Assembly: GCA_040752415.1 (NCBI GenBank)
Contig: JBFMGU010000139.1
Location: forward strand, 1 to 28,207
Length of the DNA stretch: 28,207 nt
Direction: 5' to 3'
Origin: Myxococcota bacterium
GTDB taxonomy: Bacteria; Myxococcota; JACRCW01
Shown here: in pieces, positions 11,601 through 18,016 of the stretch
How positions within the stretch are numbered: position 1 is the first letter of the stretch
How the letters are laid out: each line of letters starts with the position of its first letter
Position numbers and translations under genes: made by a program
The notes under the pieces: generated by a model
What the model was told of the DNA's origin: nothing
Seen by the model: the letters and a program-made list of their open reading frames with translations, nothing else
Database searches by the model: none

Positions 11601-14600
11601 CGGTGGCGGTGGCGGACAACGCCACGCTCGACGAGGACACCAGCGTCACCGTGGACGTCACGCTCAACGACCTCGGCCTCGGCGACCTGCCGATCACGGT
11701 GAGCATTGCCGTGCCGCCCGTCGGCGGGAGCGCGGTGGTGAACGCGGACGGAACCATCACCTACACGCCCGCGCCCGACTTCAACGGCAGCGATGCCCTC
11801 GACTACCGCGTCCGCGACGCCGACGGGCAGGAGTCCACGGCCACCGTCAGCTTCACGGTCAACGCCACCAATGACACCCCGGCCGCGCTCGATGACACCG
11901 CGTCCGGTCCCGAGGATGCCGACGTCACCGTTGCGGTGCTCGCCAACGATCTCGGCGTGGGCGACCGGCCGCTCACCATCACCGTCGTCACGCCGCCTTC
12001 GCAGGGCAGCACCACCGTCAATCCCGACGGGACCATCTCCTTCACGCCCGCGCCGCAGGTCAGCGGCGACTTCACGTTCGAGTACGAAGTGGTCGACGCG
12101 GACCTGGAGACCACGCGTGCCCTGGTCACCGTGACCATCGACCCGGTCAACGACACGCCGACGGCGGTGGCGGACAACGCAACGGCTCCCGAGGATGGCA
12201 GCGTCACCGTCGACGTGCTCGCGAACGACACCGGCGTGGGCGATATGCCCGTGACCGTGACGCTGGAGCGCGCACCCGGCTTTGGCGTCGCGGTGGTGAA
12301 TGCCGACAACACCGTCACGTACACGCCCGCCGCCAACTTCTTCGGCACCGACACCCTGGACTACCGCGTCGCCGACGTGGACGACCAGTTCTCCGTCGCC
12401 ACGCTCACTGTCGTCGTGACCGGGGTGGATGACGCGCCGGTTGCCGTGGATGACGCGGCCAGCACGGACGAGGACGTTGCGGTCACCGTCGCGGTGCTCA
12501 GCAATGACAGTGGGCTCGGGGACACGCCGGTCACAGTCTCCGTCGGTACCGCGCCCACGTCGGGCACCGCGTTGGTCAACGCCGACAACACCATCACGTA
12601 CACGCCCTTCGCCGACGCGGTGGGCAATGACAGCTTCACCTACGTGGTGGGCGACGCCGACGGTCAGAACGCCACCGCCACGGTCACCATCACCCTGCGG
12701 CCCATCGATGACGTGCCGGTGGCCAACGACGACGCCGCGAGCTGCGCGGAGGGAACGGTCGCGGTGGTTGCGGTGCTGGCCAATGACAGCGGCATCGGCG
12801 ACGCGCCGCTGACGGTCACGGTGACGAGCACGCCGGGCTCCGGCACCGCGGTGGTGAACCCGGATGGCACCGTGACGTACACGCCCCAGGCGGACTTCTT
12901 CGGCACGGACGGGTTCGTCTACCAGGTCGTCGACGCGGACGGGCAGGGCGCCAGCGCCACCGTCGTCATCACCGTTGGCGGCGCCAACGACACCCCGTCC
13001 GCGGTCGACGACAGCGCCACCAGCGACGAGGACACCGCGGTCAACATCAACGTGCTCGCCAATGACCTGGGCGCGGTGGACCTGCCCATCAGCGTGTCCA
13101 TCAACGGCGCGCCCACGTCCGGCAGCGCCAGCGTGGAGTCCGACGGCAGCATCACCTACGCGCCCACCGCGAACTCCAATGGCACCGACACATTCACCTA
13201 CGTGGTCACGGATGCCGATGGGGAGAGCTCGCAGGCCACGGTGACCGTCACCATCAACGCCATCAATGACGCGCCCAGCTGCCAGCCGGATGCCATCAAC
13301 ACCGAGGTGGCGCAGCCCGCCCTCGTCGACGTGCTGGCCAACGACACCGACGTCGAGAACGACGCCCTGCTGCTGGTGAGCGTCACCGGGCCCACGCATG
13401 GCACGGCCGTCATCACCGCGGACAACAAGATCCTCTACACGCCGGAGGCGGGCTACAGCGGCAACGACACCTTCACGTATTCCGCGGGCGATGGAAACGG
13501 CGGTCTGTCCAGCGCGCTCGTCGTGGTCACCATTGGCCTGGACACCGACTCCGACGGTCTCACCGACGTGCAGGAGCAGCAGTGGAACACCGACCCCAAC
13601 AACGCGGACACGGACGGCGATCAGATCGAGGACGGTCGTGAGGTGTTCATCACCCTCACCACCCCGAATGACGACGACAGCGATGACGACGGTCTCGAGG
13701 ACGGCACCGAGGACGCCGACCAGGATGGCGTGGTGGATTCCGACGAGACCTCCGCCACCGCGCTGGACACCGACGGCGACGGTCTGCAGGACGGCACCGA
13801 GCTCGGTCTGACCGCGCCCGAGGGGCAGGACACGCTCTCCACCGTCTTCATCCCCGACGCGGATCCCACCACGCGCACCCTCCCCGGCGACGACGACTCC
13901 GACGACGACGGCGTCATGGATGGCAACGAGGACCTGGACCATGATGGCGGCGTCGACACCGGTGAGGCCAACCCGCTGGCGCGCGACAGCGACGGCGACG
14001 GCCTGCCCGACGGGCTGGAGCTCGGTCTCACCGCTCCGCAGGGTGACGACACCAACCTCCCCGACTTCGTGGCCGACGCGGACCCCAGCACCACCACCAA
14101 CCCCGCGCTCGTCGATACCGACACCGGCGGCTTGGCGGATGGCGTGGAGGACGTGAACCTCAACGGTCGCATCGACCCAGGGGAGAAGGACCCCAACGAC
14201 CCCACCGACGACGGCACCACGCTGGACTTTGATGGCGACGGCCTGCTCGACGCCGAGGAGTACACCATCGGCACCGACCCGTCGGACGCCGACTCCGATG
14301 ACGACGGCGTGGTGGACGGCAGCGAGCCCAGCTACCGCTTGGACAGCGACGGCGACGGCCTGATCAACGCGATGGACGCCGACGCCGACAACGACGGTCT
14401 CTTCGACGGCACGGAGCTGGGCCTCACCGCTCCCGCCACCGGCACGGACACGTGGGTCCGCAACTTCATCCCCGACGCCGATCCCGCCACCACCACCAGC
14501 CCGCTGCTCGCCGACACCGACGGCGGAACGCGGCGCGACGGCGCGGAGGACGTGAACCACAACGGTCGCGTCGACGCTGGCGAGACCGATCCCAACAACC

Positions 14601-16684
14601 CCGCCGACGACACCACCGTGACGCCAACCGATGGCGACGGCGACGGACTGGATGACGCCGAGGAGGCCACGCTGGGCACGGATCCCGCCGACGCCGACAG
14701 CGACGACGACGGCGTGCGCGACGGCTTCGAGCCGAACTTCGCCGTGGATTCCGACGGCGACGGTCTGATCAACCCGCTTGACCCCGACAGCGATAACGAC
14801 GGCGTGCTCGACGGGACCGAGCTGGGCCTGACGGCTCCGGACGCCAGCACCAACGTGCAGCGCGGCCACTTCCTGGCGGACGTGGATCCCGCCACGGTGA
14901 CCAACGCGTTGCTCGCCGACACCGACCGCGGCGGTGCGCGCGACGGCGCGGAGGACGGCAACCACAATGGCCAGGTGGACAGCGGTGAGACCAACCCGCT
15001 GGACCCCAGCGATGACAACGCGGTGCAGGATACCGACGGCGACGGTCTCTCCAACGTGGAGGAGCGCGCCATTGGCACCAACGAGGGTGACGCTGACAGC
15101 GACGACGACGGCGTGGTCGATGGCATGGAGGCCAACTACGCGCTGGATACCGACGCTGACGGCCAGATCAACGCGCTGGACCTGGACTCCGACAATGACC
15201 TCGTGTTCGACGGCACGGAGGTCTCGGTGGTCACGCCCCACGCCGACACGCAGGTGGACCGCGGCAACTTCGTGGCGGACGCGGACCCGGCGGCGCACAC
15301 CTCCATGGTGGTCGTGGACTCCGACCGCGGCACCGTGGGCGACGGCGTGGAGGACACCAACCACAACGGCGCCATCGACGTGGGAGAGACCAACCCCAAC
15401 GACCCCACCGACGACATCCGCCCGCCCGCGGACACCGACTCGGACGGCCTCCCCGACGCGGAGGAGCTCACCCTCGGCACCAACTACCGCGACGCGGACA
15501 GCGATGACGACGGCGTTATCGACGGCGCCGAGCCGCGCTACGCCGAGGACACCGACAACGACCGCCTCATCAACGCGCTGGACCAGGACTCCGACAACGA
15601 CGGCGTGGTGGACGGGACGGAGCTGGGTGTGGTCACTCCGCACGTCGACACCAACCTGGCGCGCGGATTCTTCCTGGCTGACGCCGACCCGTCCACCACC
15701 ACCGACCCGCTGGACGCCGACACCGACGACGGCACCATCGACGACGGCGCGGAGGACGGCAACCACAACGGTCGCATCGACGAGGGAGAGACCAACCCCA
15801 ACAACCCCGCGGACGACCTGCCGGGACCGCCGGACATCGACAACGACGGCCTCTCCAACACCGAGGAGGCGCTGGTGGGCACCAACCCCGAGGACGCCGA
15901 CAGCGACGACGACGGTGTCATTGACGGCCTGGAGCCCAACTACGCCATCGACACCGACGGCGACGAGGCGATCAACGCGCTGGACCACGACTCCGACAAC
16001 GACGGGATCTTCGACGGCACCGAGCTTGGCGTGACCACGCCGGGCGCCGCCACCAACGTGGACGCGGGCCGGTTCGTTGCGGACGTGGATCCCGGCACCA
16101 CCACCAACCCGCTTGCGGCGGACACCGACTCCGGCACCGTCGATGACGGCGTGGAGGACGCCAACCACAACGGTCGCATCGACCCGGGTGAGACGGATCC
16201 CAATGACCCGGCGGATGACCAGGGCGGCAGCTCCTCCAGCTCGTCGGGTGGCAGCAGCTCCACGGGTGGAACCTCGTCGTCGTCGGGATCCTCCAGCGGG
16301 CAGAGCGGCGGCACCAGCAGCAGCGGTGGCTCCTCCAGCGGTGAGAGCAGCAGCAGTGGCTCCTCCAGCGGTGAGAGCAGCAGCGGCGGTGGCTCCTCCA
16401 GCGGCGGGAGCAGCACCACGGGCTCGTCGAGCGGTGAGATCAGCAGCACGTCCAGCAGCTCCTCCAGCAGCGGCGACGTAGTTTCCGGCGGCTCCTCCAG
16501 CGGCGCCGGTGGCGTCGACGGTGGGTCCATCAACGAGATCCCCAACAGCGAGATGCCCGAGGACGGCTTCGTCGCCGGTGGCGGCTGTCTCAATTGTGCG
16601 TCGTCGGGTGGCGCGGACGCCGGCCTGCTCGCTCTGGTGATGCTCTCGCTGCGCGTGGCGCGGGTGCGTCGTCGTCGGGAGTGA
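2666..16684 (+). CDS. Giant repetitive cell-surface protein / putative adhesin (~4,672 aa) with lipoprotein-like signal and MYXO-CTERM-like tail
   Basis: RBS AAGGAG at 2655-2660, ATG at 2666. N-terminus [19 protein letters not shown] (basic, hydrophobic, lipobox-like). Recognisable RTX, Cys-rich, DUF11, Ig-like and TSP3-like repeats. C-terminus GGGC...[19 protein letters not shown]. Confidence 0.93.
   Translation: [4672 protein letters not shown]
2828..3340 (+). repeat. RTX/hemolysin-type Ca2+-binding nonapeptide repeats (19 units, 27-bp period)
   Basis: Contiguous GGxGxDxUx-type units from GTSGDDTLN to GGADVDACS; the last two units are degenerate. Confidence 0.9.
3365..3445 (+). repeat. 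Single Myxococcus cysteine-rich repeat (DUF4215-like)
   Basis: [27 protein letters not shown] fits the CGNG...E-x-CDDGN...DGC...C pattern. Confidence 0.88.
4586..4925 (+). other. DUF11 (conserved repeat / OmcB-like) domain within the giant protein
   Basis: NLTLTKSA...[15 protein letters not shown]...[18 protein letters not shown]...[11 protein letters not shown]. Confidence 0.82.
5180..13535 (+). repeat. 30 tandem Ig/cadherin-like repeats (Big_9 / tandem-95 type, ~93 aa, ~279-bp period)
   Basis: Counted 30 units of the form NDxPxAxxDxxxTxEDxxVxxxVLxND...TYTPxxxFxGxDSYxYxVxDxDG...ATVxxTV. Confidence 0.92.
13541..16220 (+). repeat. Asp-rich thrombospondin type-3-like Ca2+-binding repeats, including five ~134-aa super-repeats
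   Basis: DxDxDGLxDxxE...[19 protein letters not shown]...DSDNDGxxDGTELG units start at 14225, 14630, 15029, 15431 and 15833 (399-405 bp spacing), preceded by related partial units from 13541. Confidence 0.88.
16223..16525 (+). repeat. Ser/Gly-rich low-complexity linker containing a 30-bp tandem duplication
   Basis: [10 protein letters not shown]...; GTGGCTCCTCCAGCGGTGAGAGCAGCAGC occurs at 16326-16354 and 16356-16384. Confidence 0.85.
16577..16684 (+). other. MYXO-CTERM-like C-terminal sorting signal
   Basis: GGGC(LNC) motif, short spacer, hydrophobic segment LLALVMLSL, Arg-rich tail RVRRRRE. Confidence 0.82.
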
Positions 16685-16696
16685 GCCGGGGGTTGC

Positions 16697-16733
16697 GTGC
16701 CGGTCGTCGTGGAGGTGAGAAGACGGCCGGCAC
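16697..16733. terminator. Stem-loop downstream of the giant gene (possible terminator or mRNA-stabilising hairpin)
   Basis: GTGCCGGTCGTC (16697-16708) pairs with GACGGCCGGCAC (16722-16733): 12 bp with one G-U pair, 13-nt loop. No U-tract. Confidence 0.5.
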
Positions 16734-16735
16734 TA

Positions 16736-16781
16736 TGGGAGTGCGGTCAGAATTACCGCCTTGCTTCGGACCGCGCGGTTC
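16736..16781 (+). repeat. REP-like palindromic element, copy 1
   Basis: GGAG-T-GCGGT-N7-ACCGC-CTT; 25/29 identical to 24302-24330. Confidence 0.65.
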
Positions 16782-16830
16782 CCCGCCCCGTGCAAGGTTG
16801 TGGTGTCCAACAGATTCGTCGGCCCTGCGC

Positions 16831-17871
16831 TCAGTCCTTGCGCTCCAGGTGGAGCAGGCCCTTGCCGCCTTCGCTGGTGACCCACAGGTCGCCGCGGTGA
16901 TCAAAGGCCAGGCCCTCCGGCTGGAGCCGCCCACTCCCGCTGATGCGCGGCAGCTCCGTGGTGCCCAGCCCCTCCAGCTCCCAGCTCGTCCGCGCGCGCC
17001 CCGCTGCGCCGCCGCGCATGTTCAGCTTCAACGACGCCTCGAGGATCGTCTCGGCGCGGTCGGACAGGATGAACAGGTGACCGGTCCTGGGATCCACGGT
17101 GATGTCGCTGAGATCCTCCAGCGCGTCCTTGTGGCTCTCGGGCAGCTCCAGCAGCGCTTCCACCTCGCCGCTCTTGCGGTCCAGCACGCCAATGCGTCGC
17201 GGGCTCCCCTCGTGCACGGCGAGCAGGTGCGGCTTTCCGTCGGGGGAGAGACGCGCGGGCAGCACCGCAATGCCTTCCCAGCCCTTGTTCCCCTCGTCAT
17301 TGAGCGCGGGCAGCTTGCACAGTCGCTCCGCCTTTCCCAGTGAGAGCTCGTCGCCACCACGGTCCACCTTGACCTGCAGGACCTCGCGGGTGTCCTCGCT
17401 CACCAGCAGCAGCGTCTTCGCGTCCGCGTCGTACGCGCCGCCCTCCAGCCCCTTGAGCTTGCCGCCGCTCGGCTCCAGCTCGGTGGCGTCCGCCTTCTTC
17501 CCCCGGGGGATGCCCACCTGCCACAGCGCGCTGCCGTCGTCCGCGGCCACCACGAAGCCGTGCTCCGGCGAGATGAACGCCAGCGCGGAGGGCTCGCCGA
17601 TGTCCACCTCGTGACGGCCCTTGAGCTCAAAGCTCGTCGCCTTCGCCTTGCCGGGGCCGGCATTGCTCCCCGTGGTGCCCAGCAGCTCCTCCAGCATGGC
17701 GCGCCCGTCGGCGGTGAAGCGGTCCTTCTCGCGGGCCAGCTTCTGCAACAACGCGGCCTCGTCGTCATTGATCTTGCTCCCCGCCGCTTCCTGCAGCTTG
17801 CGGATGTCGGAGACGTCAACCTGACGACGAGGAAGACGACGGATGGCATCACTGAGGCGGTCAACGCTCAT
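16831..17871 (-). CDS. SdiA-regulated (YjiK-like)/phytase-like beta-propeller protein with an N-terminal helical extension (~346 aa)
   Basis: Blade motifs EPSALAF, GLEGGAYD...LLLVSE, NKGWEGIA, DLSDITVDPRTGHLFILSD, QPEGLAFDHRGDLWVTSEG. ATG at 17871 follows an AAGGGG RBS-like sequence. Confidence 0.82.
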   Translation of the reverse strand: MSVDRLSDAIRRLPRRQVDVSDIRKLQEAAGSKINDDEAALLQKLAREKDRFTADGRAMLEELLGTTGSNAGPGKAKATSFELKGRHEVDIGEPSALAFISPEHGFVVAADDGSALWQVGIPRGKKADATELEPSGGKLKGLEGGAYDADAKTLLLVSEDTREVLQVKVDRGGDELSLGKAERLCKLPALNDEGNKGWEGIAVLPARLSPDGKPHLLAVHEGSPRRIGVLDRKSGEVEALLELPESHKDALEDLSDITVDPRTGHLFILSDRAETILEASLKLNMRGGAAGRARTSWELEGLGTTELPRISGSGRLQPEGLAFDHRGDLWVTSEGGKGLLHLERKD

Positions 17872-17927
17872 GGGAACCCCTTGTGACCCGGGACTCTCCT
17901 CCACGTCGGGCGCAACCCGCAACCGCT

Positions 17928-17956
17928 TTGACCACTGATGTGCGCCGTGCTACCCG
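17928..17956 (+). promoter_or_regulatory. Candidate sigma70-type promoter for the 888-aa gene
   Basis: TTGACC (17928-17933), 17-nt spacer ending in TGC (extended -10), then TACCCG (17951-17956). The -10 box is imperfect. Confidence 0.4.
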
Positions 17957-18016
17957 CCTCCATCCTGATCTTCAGGTCTGTCGTCGACGGACCGACGCGC
18001 GCGGGGAGCTGTCCAG

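Noticed and set aside
5074..13428. Regularly spaced ~70-100-aa minus-strand ORFs
   Set aside because: Their ~279-bp periodicity simply mirrors the Ig repeats on the plus strand.
9602..16168. 2188-aa antisense ORF (also 2675-5167, 17972-20356, 21691-23652 and 24534-27938)
   Set aside because: Shadow ORFs opposite real genes, expected from strong GC3 codon bias; the translations are V/G/R-rich with no recognisable motifs.
17911..17924. Tandem CGCAACC repeat in the divergent promoter region
   Set aside because: Only 2 x 7 bp in GC-rich DNA; it could be a binding site next to the -35 box but is indistinguishable from chance without comparative data.
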